Both the position numbers and the translations under genes were made by a program. The notes beneath the pieces were generated by a model that did no database searches, was not told the origin of the DNA, and was given only the letters and a program-made list of their open reading frames with translations. Shown here piece after piece: positions 54,795-64,000 of a stretch of 64,000 nucleotides of DNA. Numbering within the stretch: position 1 is the first letter of the stretch; each line of letters starts with the position of its first letter. Source of the stretch: Pachysolen tannophilus NRRL Y-2460 (taxonomy: Eukaryota); assembly GCA_001661245.1 (NCBI GenBank), contig KV454015.1, positions 918,924 to 982,923 on the forward strand. Reading direction: 5' to 3'.

Positions 54795-57635
54795 TTAATA
54801 TGGGGCATACCTTTTGGCAGAGCCGCGACTGCTGCTGCTGCTGTTTGTAGACCCAGATTCTTTGATTTTTTTGAAATCTCTTGAATAGTTATATACAGGT
54901 GCAAATTTCTTTTGCTGTATGGGATTTGTTTTTGTCAGAGCATTTTCCAATTTGACTTTATCTTTGTTTCCCTTTGTAGATGAAAAGAAATTCATTATGG
55001 GCTGTTCTTCTGATCTCGATTTTATCCTGGTCATTATCTTCTTTCTTTGGCTTTGTTGAGTTCTTTCACTTTGTTGAATAGGTTTCTTTTGCTCGTAAGA
55101 ATCATGTTGCAACATTTTTGATGCGCTCAAAATGACACCTTTTCCTTCTGGAACTGGTTGACTTTTAAAAAGTGGAATTTTTTTTAATCCAAATTTCTCA
55201 TTTTTCCCCCTTTCATGGCATAGTTTATATTCTTCAATTATACCACTCAACTCTTTAATATTACTTTTCGGAAAGTTCTTACTGTGTAGTTTGTATAAAG
55301 TTTCAACTGAAGAAATATCATTCAATGCTAATTGATTATTTGCAAAATTATGGGCTTTCAATAACTCTACTATAAATCTTGATTCATAGTATTCCTGATT
55401 ACCTGTAAATGAACTCGCATGACTTGTAAATGATGTCAAATACAACAAGGTCTTAGCTCTAGTAGTTGCAACATATAGGATACGACGTTCTTCTTCAAGT
55501 GCCTCCTGATTATTATCATTCTCTCGATTAGAATTATTTTGTGATTTTTCATTGAATGTTGTCATTGTTGCCCAGGAAGCAGGGAAAAAATTATCTGTTA
55601 GGCATGGAACGAAAACTACCGGCCATTCTAAACCTTTGGCACCATGAATTGTAGAAATTACAACTTTTGAGTTCTTTGAATTGGAGTTAACTTCATCTTT
55701 TTCAGTTTGCAGTTCATACAAACCAATACTCTCAAGAAATTGGGCTAAGCATACTTTTGAATTTTGTTTAATTGAATTTAAACTAGAATCCAAATCAATT
55801 TGCAAATTACCTGTTTCAATATCAGGTAAAGTTTGATCTACAAGTTCAAATTCTAGCATTTGCGATTTCAACTCTTCTAAGTTTAGTTCTGCAGAATATG
55901 AATCTTTCCCAGGAATTGGCTTGCTCAATTCAGCTAATCCTGCTTTGGCCACTATGAAATCAAACATACGCGTCAAGTTTGACTTCACAGAGCCTTCGCT
56001 ATTTGTTAAATACATCCTTGCCATCTTGATAAGATTGATATATTCTGTAATACCATCAATTGTTCGCTGACTAAAAATTTTTTTACCTTCACGATAATGA
56101 TTTTTCATAATTAAATCTTCCAAATTATTGAAAACTGTTCCAGATACAGAACTCAAATCTGATTGATGATCAAGAGCTTCTTCCAAAAGATCCAAGCTTT
56201 TAGCCCCTATTCCTCTTGCAGGTAAATTCACAGTTCTCATGATAGCTAATTTATCATTATCGGAAACAATAGCTCTTAAATAATTTATTATTGCATTAAT
56301 TTCCTTTTGATCCCAAAATGCTTTACCTTGTAAAACATTATAAGGTATATTTCTTTTACGCAAAGATTGTTCAATGGCACGAGAATGAAATCCAGATCGA
56401 AGTAATATGGCAAAATCTTTATAATCAAACAATTCAGGTAACAGTAATAAATGGGAGATTTCATTTGCTATGAAATCAGCCTCATCTAAATTCGTTGAAA
56501 GCTTCTTATAAACACCTTCAAAATTTTCTTTATGTTGTGATTTCAAATTTTTAGCTTCCCTTGATTGTTTTAAGTTTGCTTTAGTCATTAATTTCTCTGA
56601 TATATTTAAAATTGAAGATGTTGATCTATAATTTTGATTCAATTCAAAAATTGCAACTTCTGTATAACGGTAATGTACTTTCATATATTCAAAGTTTTGA
56701 GCAACCGCATTTCTAAATTTATAAATAGATTGATCTGGGTCACCAACAATGGAAACATTATCTTTATAATCATTAGTTGCCTGTCCACAAAACTGATACA
56801 TCAATTCTAGCTGTACCTTATTAGTATCTTGAAATTCATCAACAAAGACATGTTTAATATAAGTCAAACATTGCTTCGTTTGTAATAAGTTAAGACATTT
56901 CAATAAAAGGTCATCAAAATCCACTAAATGTAATTTTTGTAAAGAATCCTGATATAATTTGTAAATAATAAGCAATTCAAGTGATTTACAAGGATTTTTT
57001 TCATAATCTTGTGGGTATTGACCATTTGATTTTAAAGATGATATTTTTTTACGAATCTTTTTAGGATCGTAACCGTTATAGTTTTCAAAATCAGGTGTAT
57101 TCAGTTGCGAATGAATATCTATTTCAAAATCTCCTGCATCATTATTTTTCTTATATTCACACATTCTATCCCTAATATCTTTTAATTCCAGAGATGAATT
57201 TTTCAACACATTTCGAATAACATCATTCGAATCTCTTTCATCAGCAATTTTGAAACTTCCTTCATTCAAACCAATAAATTTCCCATATTGTCTTAAAATC
57301 CTAACACATACACTATGGAATGTACCAATAATTAATTTAGAAATATCAATATCAAGTTTACTTTCTGCAATTAAAATGTTTAACCTCTGAACCATTTCCT
57401 TTGCTGCTTTCTTCGTAAAAGTAGTCACAATTATCCTACATGGCTCAATATTATAATTTATCAATAGATAGGCAATTCGTGAAGTAAGAACACTAGTTTT
57501 ACCTGTACCTGGACCGGCAATGATTTGAGTAACTTTGTGAGGACTTGAAGTAACAGCCCGAAGTTGCAGATCATTAAGACCTTTCAATAATTTATCCAAG
57601 GCATACCGCTTTTTTCCATCAATCTGAAAATCCAT
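54795..57635 (-). CDS. SRS2: UvrD-family 3'-5' DNA helicase
   Basis: AGPGTGKT, TFTKKAA, GTFHS, VDEFQDT, VGDPDQSIY, NYRS, STIHGAKGLEWPVV, EERRILYVATTRA. Confidence 0.9.
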   Translation of the reverse strand: MDFQIDGKKRYALDKLLKGLNDLQLRAVTSSPHKVTQIIAGPGTGKTSVLTSRIAYLLINYNIEPCRIIVTTFTKKAAKEMVQRLNILIAESKLDIDISKLIIGTFHSVCVRILRQYGKFIGLNEGSFKIADERDSNDVIRNVLKNSSLELKDIRDRMCEYKKNNDAGDFEIDIHSQLNTPDFENYNGYDPKKIRKKISSLKSNGQYPQDYEKNPCKSLELLIIYKLYQDSLQKLHLVDFDDLLLKCLNLLQTKQCLTYIKHVFVDEFQDTNKVQLELMYQFCGQATNDYKDNVSIVGDPDQSIYKFRNAVAQNFEYMKVHYRYTEVAIFELNQNYRSTSSILNISEKLMTKANLKQSREAKNLKSQHKENFEGVYKKLSTNLDEADFIANEISHLLLLPELFDYKDFAILLRSGFHSRAIEQSLRKRNIPYNVLQGKAFWDQKEINAIINYLRAIVSDNDKLAIMRTVNLPARGIGAKSLDLLEEALDHQSDLSSVSGTVFNNLEDLIMKNHYREGKKIFSQRTIDGITEYINLIKMARMYLTNSEGSVKSNLTRMFDFIVAKAGLAELSKPIPGKDSYSAELNLEELKSQMLEFELVDQTLPDIETGNLQIDLDSSLNSIKQNSKVCLAQFLESIGLYELQTEKDEVNSNSKNSKVVISTIHGAKGLEWPVVFVPCLTDNFFPASWATMTTFNEKSQNNSNRENDNNQEALEEERRILYVATTRAKTLLYLTSFTSHASSFTGNQEYYESRFIVELLKAHNFANNQLALNDISSVETLYKLHSKNFPKSNIKELSGIIEEYKLCHERGKNEKFGLKKIPLFKSQPVPEGKGVILSASKMLQHDSYEQKKPIQQSERTQQSQRKKIMTRIKSRSEEQPIMNFFSSTKGNKDKVKLENALTKTNPIQQKKFAPVYNYSRDFKKIKESGSTNSSSSSRGSAKRYAPY

Positions 57636-57924
57636 GAGTTAGATCCACCTCTATAGATCAATCACGATAAACGAAAAAAATATCAATTTTAGACCGATCC
57701 AAACTAAACTATAAATTAAACGAAACTAACCCAAAAATAAAAGGTAAACAAAAGAGATGAGATATAAAACCGAAAAGAGACATCAGAATTTAATAGAATT
57801 TACACGACCACAGTTGAGAGCAAGTTTATTGTTCACCATAATCAATAGCATCAAGATAAGAAGAGATAAGATGGAATACAGTTACTGGACAACAATAATA
57901 ACAATATTTTAAAGTTTAAAAACA

Positions 57925-57931
<7 letters not shown>

Positions 57932-57963
<32 letters not shown>
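57932..57963. repeat. (TA)n microsatellite
   Basis: Direct inspection. Confidence 0.9.
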
Positions 57964-57966
<3 letters not shown>

Positions 57967-58005
57967 TAAGGAAATAAACAGCATGATAGAAGAAAACAGA
58001 TAAAA

Positions 58006-59451
58006 CTAACTTACTATCCTTAGTTCTCCGGCACCAAATCTCTCTCTATTTGCATCAAACAATCTTTTCAATTCATTCACATATAAGCCATGGTAATGGT
58101 TTATTTCATCTATAGTTGGGGAAGGCCTGAAAGGAACTTTTATTCCTCTTCCGAAAACTATATCTATGTTCTTCCTATAGGGTAACAATCCGAAATCGTA
58201 GTTAAATATACCTCTAGCATGGAAAAAGGGAACTGTGAAACCAGAATGTTTTTTCAACCATAATTGAAATTTGACTAATATTTGCAATTTTCCATCAGGT
58301 TCTGGTTGAAACACTTCATAAATATCTGTTTCTCCAAACCCATATATTGGTACAAGAACAACGTCACCTAATTCCAATGCAATTTTAATAAAACCTTTAC
58401 GCTTATTCAAAACGATATCATTTCTACCAGGAACAGAAAGTAATGATTCTGAAGCTCCACCAACCACTATACATACACTTGCATCATGATTTCTGATCAA
58501 TTCCATAACATTATGTTTTGAGACTGAGGATATTCCTAATGATAACAAATAATCTCTATGTATAGGAAGTTTAAATTGATTCAGTAATGTTAATAGGAAA
58601 ACTTTAATTCCTGGAAACATTTTTTCAAATCCAGCACCATTTGATGCCACTGCTCCAGTTATACCCAATGAAATGACCCCATGAGGATGATAACCAAAAA
58701 TATAACGAGGTCCAGTCTTGACATCTTTTTTAATAGTTTTAGTATGAACTTTAATAATTCTTAAATTGTTTAAAATATTTGTTATAAATTTTGGTAAATA
58801 ATTGAATGGAAATTTATAAAATAATACATCAACCTCTTGTTCTGTAAAAGTTGGTTCCAAATCACAAGTCTTGTGTATTTTAATGGGGAAATAATCAACA
58901 TAGTATTTCCATAATCTTAAATTTCTCATATAATCACTTCTTCTATAAAAAGCCTCACCATTTGACAGTGTTTCATCCCAAAAAAAATAAAAAAGTAGAT
59001 AAATAGTAATTAAGGGCCAAAATTGTGGAATTGCCAAGCTGAGGAAAAAAAATGATGTTAAAATTGGAATTGTACAAGTATGCCATACTAATGCTAAAGT
59101 TTGTAAACGACGTTCTAGAGGAATAAGTAACGGCGCAAATGTCTTATCATCATTTCCATACCCATGTGCTTGACTATATCCTTGTCCATTTTCTTGCTCA
59201 TGTCCATTACCTTGTCCATTTAGTTGTCCGTTTTCTTGCTCATGTCCTTGCGCATGCCCTTGCACATGTCCAGCGCTGCCACCATTTACCTTGATAGCAT
59301 TACCGTCTTTATCTCCATAACCATTACTGTGACCATTAACTAAAACATCTCCAATATCTTTCCCGGCCAGTTTCAATTCCGGAGAAGTTGTCATTGAAGA
59401 TAATGAAGAAGATCCTGATACTTCCTCTTTATCACTTGCTCCAGATGACAT
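58006..59451 (-). CDS. DGA1: Diacylglycerol O-acyltransferase (DGAT2)
   Basis: YFP motif, GYHPHG, VVGGASE, RKGFIK, GETD, FHARG. Confidence 0.95.
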   Translation of the reverse strand: MSSGASDKEEVSGSSSLSSMTTSPELKLAGKDIGDVLVNGHSNGYGDKDGNAIKVNGGSAGHVQGHAQGHEQENGQLNGQGNGHEQENGQGYSQAHGYGNDDKTFAPLLIPLERRLQTLALVWHTCTIPILTSFFFLSLAIPQFWPLITIYLLFYFFWDETLSNGEAFYRRSDYMRNLRLWKYYVDYFPIKIHKTCDLEPTFTEQEVDVLFYKFPFNYLPKFITNILNNLRIIKVHTKTIKKDVKTGPRYIFGYHPHGVISLGITGAVASNGAGFEKMFPGIKVFLLTLLNQFKLPIHRDYLLSLGISSVSKHNVMELIRNHDASVCIVVGGASESLLSVPGRNDIVLNKRKGFIKIALELGDVVLVPIYGFGETDIYEVFQPEPDGKLQILVKFQLWLKKHSGFTVPFFHARGIFNYDFGLLPYRKNIDIVFGRGIKVPFRPSPTIDEINHYHGLYVNELKRLFDANRERFGAGELRIVS

Positions 59452-60004
59452 CTTTAAATACTATAACCAAATTAAACCAAAAAACAAAACAAAACGAAAA
59501 AGAAAAAAAAAACAAAAAAAAAAAAAGGATCTCTCAAATGAAACAAAGCTAACAAAAAAAAAAAAAATTAAACAATTGTCAAATGAATAACAGCAAAATC
59601 TATTATATAATTTTACCAATCCTTGTTGCAGGTGAATATTAAGAAACACCTTATCTATATTTTGTTATATTGGCTTTCTTAAAAGAAATTCTAGGTTTCT
59701 AAAATTTTCTTTTTTTTTTTTTTTTTTCTTTATCTTTATCAACCAAGCTTGCTATGAGTACAACCGGTTTTTCAAACCTTTTTTAGAAAATCAAAGTGAA
59801 ATTAAATATCACCACACTCTCAGAACCTGCTGGATAGTGAATTTTCTTTGACTTCTTATAGCAACAGCTATTTAAATAAATAAATAAATAGAAATATATA
59901 TGATGTATCTATATATATTTAATACTTTTGTATTCAGCTTTATATTTTAGAGGTCCACATGGCCCATCATCTCTTTTGTGACCTTATTATATTATTATCT
60001 TTAC

Positions 60005-60150
60005 GCACACACCACCTGCACCACAAACACATCTTACACCACTCACACCATAAATACATCTTGCACCATATACACCACCCCTTACACCACATATTACACC
60101 ATTTGCATCACACCCTGCACTACCTGCACCATACACCTTACACCTCGCAC
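60005..60150 (+). repeat. Degenerate C/A-rich array of about a dozen YRCACCA-like units
   Basis: Repeated TGCACCA/TACACCA/CACACCA units in otherwise AT-rich intergenic DNA. Confidence 0.8.
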
Positions 60151-60361
60151 TTCCATTAAGAACTGCGGGTGAAATGCATATAAAAAAAAAGAACAAAAAA
60201 TTGGTCGTTCGACTCAAACCAAATCTCATTCGATCATTTTGTGAGAAAAAATTTGTCCGCCTAAAAAAAATCAAAAAAATTGGTTTAAATCCAGTAAAGG
60301 AATTAACACCTAGTTTTTAATTTAAAAATCAACTTAATTAATGATGATATAAATTCAAATG

Positions 60362-60396
<35 letters not shown>

Positions 60397-60784
60397 AAAA
60401 TTGTTCTTTATTCAATTAATATACAATTCATACTTTTATATATATATATATATATTTTTATTTTAATTAATTTTTTTTTTTTTTTTTTTATTTTATTTTA
60501 TTTTATTTTATTTTCTGTTTGATTTTTGCTTTGGGATTTTCCTTTCATTATTTTTAATAATATTTTTTTTTTTTTTTTCTTGATTTCGTTTTTGTTTCAC
60601 TTTTAACAGGGTTTCTACGCTTTACGGTGTTACGACTCATTTTTGGTTTTTTATTTTTTGTTGACTTTCTCCTTTAAGTGATAAGGAAATTATAATAGTA
60701 ATACGGTTGGAATCAAATTGATGAACGAAAAAAATTCGAGTTTGCATAAAGTTAAAAGATATATATAGAATAATTTAAGCAAGG

Positions 60785-61726
60785 ATGACAGAAAGAGGTC
60801 CTGATCAATGGTTTGAAGATATCAAACAATGTAAGGCGTTAAGTGAAAATGATATGAAACAATTATGTGAAATGATAAAAGAATTATTAATGGAAGAATC
60901 GAATATTCAACCTGTTCAAAGTCCGGTTGTAGTTTGTGGTGATATTCATGGACAATTTCATGATTTATTACAACTTTTTAAAGAAAGTGGTGGACTACCT
61001 TCTTCAAGTGGTATAAGTACAAATTATATTTTTTTAGGGGATTATGTTGATAGAGGATATTTTTCATTGGAAACTTTTACTTTATTAATGATTTTAAAAG
61101 TAAAATTCCCACAACATATAACTTTAGTTAGAGGTAATCATGAATCAAGGCAAATTACTCAAGTTTATGGCTTTTATGAGGAATGTTGTAACAAATACGG
61201 GTCGGCAACTGTTTGGAAATATTGTTGTCAAGTTTTTGACTTTTTAACTTTAAGTGCTATAATAGATGGTAAGATTCTTTGTATACATGGTGGATTATCA
61301 CCTGAAATTAGAATGTTGGATCAGATAAGAGTCTTGTCAAGGGCCCAGGAAGTTCCACATGAAGGTGGTTTCTGTGATTTGGTTTGGTCAGATCCTGATA
61401 ATGTAGAAACATGGGCGGTTTCTCCAAGAGGTGCTGGGTGGTTATTTGGATCAAGAGTGGCAAAAGAATTTAATCATATAAATAACTTGCAATTAATAGC
61501 TAGAGCTCATCAGTTGGTAATGGAAGGTTATAAATATCATTTCAAAGAAAAAAATGTCGTCACAGTGTGGTCCGCTCCAAATTATTGTTATAGGTGCGGG
61601 AATGCAGCTAGTGTCATGAAAGTTCTGGACGATTTAACTCGTGAGTTTAAGATTTTTTACTCTGTCAATGGAGATACCGAAAGAATGAATCCTACAAAGA
61701 ATTCTAAAACTGAATATTTCTTATAA
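60785..61726 (+). CDS. SIT4: PP6-type Ser/Thr phosphatase
   Basis: RGPDQW N-terminus, [32 protein letters not shown]-terminus. Confidence 0.95.
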   Translation: MTERGPDQWFEDIKQCKALSENDMKQLCEMIKELLMEESNIQPVQSPVVVCGDIHGQFHDLLQLFKESGGLPSSSGISTNYIFLGDYVDRGYFSLETFTLLMILKVKFPQHITLVRGNHESRQITQVYGFYEECCNKYGSATVWKYCCQVFDFLTLSAIIDGKILCIHGGLSPEIRMLDQIRVLSRAQEVPHEGGFCDLVWSDPDNVETWAVSPRGAGWLFGSRVAKEFNHINNLQLIARAHQLVMEGYKYHFKEKNVVTVWSAPNYCYRCGNAASVMKVLDDLTREFKIFYSVNGDTERMNPTKNSKTEYFL

Positions 61727-62233
61727 TAAGAAAACCAAAGGATAAAGAAAAAAAAAAAATTCTTGAAAAACTATTGAAATTTAAAAAAAATAAAAGGTTG
61801 AAAATTAAAGATGAAATGAAATTATAATTAAGCACATCATAAAATTTGTTATTTATAGTGAGTGTCTTTTTATTTTCAAAGTAAAATAAAACTTGAAAGT
61901 TGAAGAACAGGCTGTTTAAATTTTTTTTTTTTTATTTTTTTTTTTTTTTTATATACATTTGACATGTTTATATTGTTGGAAATGAGTGTTATGAATCATA
62001 TATATTGTTATTTTAATCCACTATTTGAAAGAAAAGAAATAAGTTTCTTATTAAGTATTGATGATCTATTTTATTTGCAATTCTATATAGTTTTATTTTG
62101 TATTTTGTATTGTAAGATAGGCTTAGGCTTTTTTATATTGTCCAAATTGGTAAAAACCAAAAAAATAAAAAACAAAACGAAAAAGAAGGCAGAAATTTTA
62201 AAAAGCAATTTAATTAAAGCTATATAAATTCAC

Positions 62234-63481
62234 TTATAAGGTTAAAGGTTTATTCTTTTCTCTAGCACTTTCACCATATTTTTTAATTCTGATAGCTTGG
62301 ACACTAATAAATCCTGAAGCTTCTTGTGGTTGGAATCCAGTCAATTCATCCATTGAAGATTCTGTAGCATCGTATAATTTTTCTGTTGATGATGATCTAC
62401 CTAAGATTATTAAAGAACCTTTGTAAGCTCTGGCTCTAACAACACCATTGACAGTTTCTTGTGATGGTTGGATCATGCTTCTAACATATTCACATTCTGG
62501 TGTAAAATACATACCATTGTATAATAATTTCGAATATGTTGGTGTAACAAAAGTATCTCTAATAGATCTAACTTCACGGTCTAACGTTAAACCTTCAATA
62601 TCGATGTGGGTACCACGTAATAAAGTTAAACCAGGTGTTTCATAACAACCTCTAGACTTAATACCAATGAATCTATTTTCAACAATATCAATTCTACCAA
62701 CACCATTTCTTCTAGCAATTGCATTGGCAGTCAAGAAAATATCTACTGCATCTGTTACCTCTTTACCATCTTGTAAAACCAATTTAACAGGTTTACCCTT
62801 TGAAAAGACAACAGTAAAATCTTCTGGAGTATTTGGAGCATCTTGTGGATCAACTGTTAATTTCCACATATCTTTTGGAGGAGTAGTATCTGGGTCTTCC
62901 AAGATACCAGCTTCAAATGAGATATGAGCCAAGTTTTCATCTGTAGACCAAGGTTTTGCCTTTGTTTGAGCAACAGGAATATTTTTAGAAGCAGCATAAT
63001 CTAACAAATCTTTTCTTCCTGCAAATCTTTCAAAAAAAATTGGATCTCTCCATGGAGCAATAACAACAACATCCGGTTTCAAAGCATAAAAGGAAAGTTC
63101 AAATCTGACTTGATCATTACCCTTACCGGTACATCCATGAGAAACAGCAAAACAACCTTCATCTTCTGCAACTTTAATTTGAGCCTCTGCAATAACAGGT
63201 CTAGCTAAAGATGTACCTAATAAGTAAACATTTTCATAAATAGCATTTACTTGAATAGCTGGAAATAATACATCTTCAACAAATTGTTTTCTAACATCAA
63301 CAACAACAAATTTGGTAGCACCAATTTTCAAAGCTTTATCTCTTGCAGCATCAAAATCTTCTTCTTGACCAATGTTGGCCATGAAAGCAATGACTTCATA
63401 ACCTTGTTCTAATAACCAAGCCAAGATAACAGAGGTATCTAAACCACCGGAATATGCTAAACAAACTTTACCCTTCGACAT
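62234..63481 (-). CDS. ARG1: Argininosuccinate synthase
   Basis: LAYSGGLDTS, LLGTSLARP, HGCTGKGNDQVRFE, ENRFIGIKSRGCYETP. Confidence 0.98.
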   Translation of the reverse strand: MSKGKVCLAYSGGLDTSVILAWLLEQGYEVIAFMANIGQEEDFDAARDKALKIGATKFVVVDVRKQFVEDVLFPAIQVNAIYENVYLLGTSLARPVIAEAQIKVAEDEGCFAVSHGCTGKGNDQVRFELSFYALKPDVVVIAPWRDPIFFERFAGRKDLLDYAASKNIPVAQTKAKPWSTDENLAHISFEAGILEDPDTTPPKDMWKLTVDPQDAPNTPEDFTVVFSKGKPVKLVLQDGKEVTDAVDIFLTANAIARRNGVGRIDIVENRFIGIKSRGCYETPGLTLLRGTHIDIEGLTLDREVRSIRDTFVTPTYSKLLYNGMYFTPECEYVRSMIQPSQETVNGVVRARAYKGSLIILGRSSSTEKLYDATESSMDELTGFQPQEASGFISVQAIRIKKYGESAREKNKPLTL

Positions 63482-63882
63482 TATTCAATTGAATTGAAAT
63501 TTTTATTCTTTAAAACTGAATGAAATGATTGAGAAAAAAAAATTTTAAAAATTTAAAAATAAAAATAAAATTGTATTTTAACAAATATTACAGGAAACAA
63601 GTTGGTTTTATACAACACAGAAATTAAAAAATTTTTCACTTTTTTTTTTTCTTGGTTTTTTCAACGCATTTCTTATCGGAAAAACATCATACATTAATAG
63701 AATACACAGTTATACCAACATATTAATCACATAAAACGTCCACATTTTAAGCTAAAAAAAAAAATCTTTAGATCTAGTATATACACAGCTCCTTGATACA
63801 CTTCAAGCTCTTCTAATAACCTGATACCTTCTTCAACTCTATCTCTATCTAAATCACAAAGATTCATAGTTAACAAATATAG

Positions 63883-63889
63883 TGAGTCA
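63883..63889. promoter_or_regulatory. Gcn4 site upstream of ARG1
   Basis: Perfect TGAGTCA about 400 bp upstream of ARG1, a classical Gcn4 target. Confidence 0.65.
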
Positions 63890-64000
63890 AAAAAAAAAAC
63901 ACAATAGTCGTGTGGAATCCAAACGTCCCAAAGAGGTAATTTTTTTATTGTTGGAGCGCGATATAAAATCAGTCATAATTACATTACATTACGCATAATT

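Noticed and set aside
59959..60274. His-rich and Cys/Gly-rich small ORFs (metallothionein-like look)
   Set aside because: Several frames are open because of the C/A repeat; no family motif; treated as a DNA repeat.
1..64000. CRISPR arrays, LTR retrotransposons or DNA transposons
   Set aside because: No repeat-spacer arrays, gag/pol or transposase ORFs, or LTR pairs were seen.

Overview
AT-rich budding-yeast (Saccharomycotina) draft scaffold with three N gaps (578-1352, 7143-7221, 42520-42975). It holds about 28 protein-coding genes and one tRNA-Leu(UAA). Recognisable genes include a UBR7/Mlo2-like gene, UGA2, PIM1/Lon, HAP3, TKL1, TED1, SPT6, SYF2, CTNNBL1, YTH1, COG4, a TMT1-like gene, FUN14, RBG1, a ROX1/RFG1-like gene, PHS1, MRPL49, BCK1, TOP3, SRS2, DGA1, SIT4 and ARG1. 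Several CTG codons sit where homologs have Ala, so the organism probably reads CUG as Ala (Pachysolen-type code) and the supplied translations would be wrong at those residues. The best candidate for a new system is a three-gene cell-surface cluster at 23.8-28.0 kb. It contains a secreted yapsin/Bar1-like aspartyl protease whose hydrophobic tail lies just past an in-frame TAA, and an Aga1/Fig2-like GPI adhesin. Divergent from the adhesin is an intron-containing 133-aa secreted Ser/Thr/Cys protein that the ORF track misses, with Ste12- and Mcm1-like sites nearby. Also noted: three apparent pseudo-enzymes (RNase III+dsRBD, COMT-like, dual-specificity-phosphatase-like), a YTH1 lacking its first zinc finger, a SYF2-CTNNBL1 head-to-head pair, and a CACC-motif array between DGA1 and SIT4. 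Homology calls come from recalled family motifs, not from database searches.
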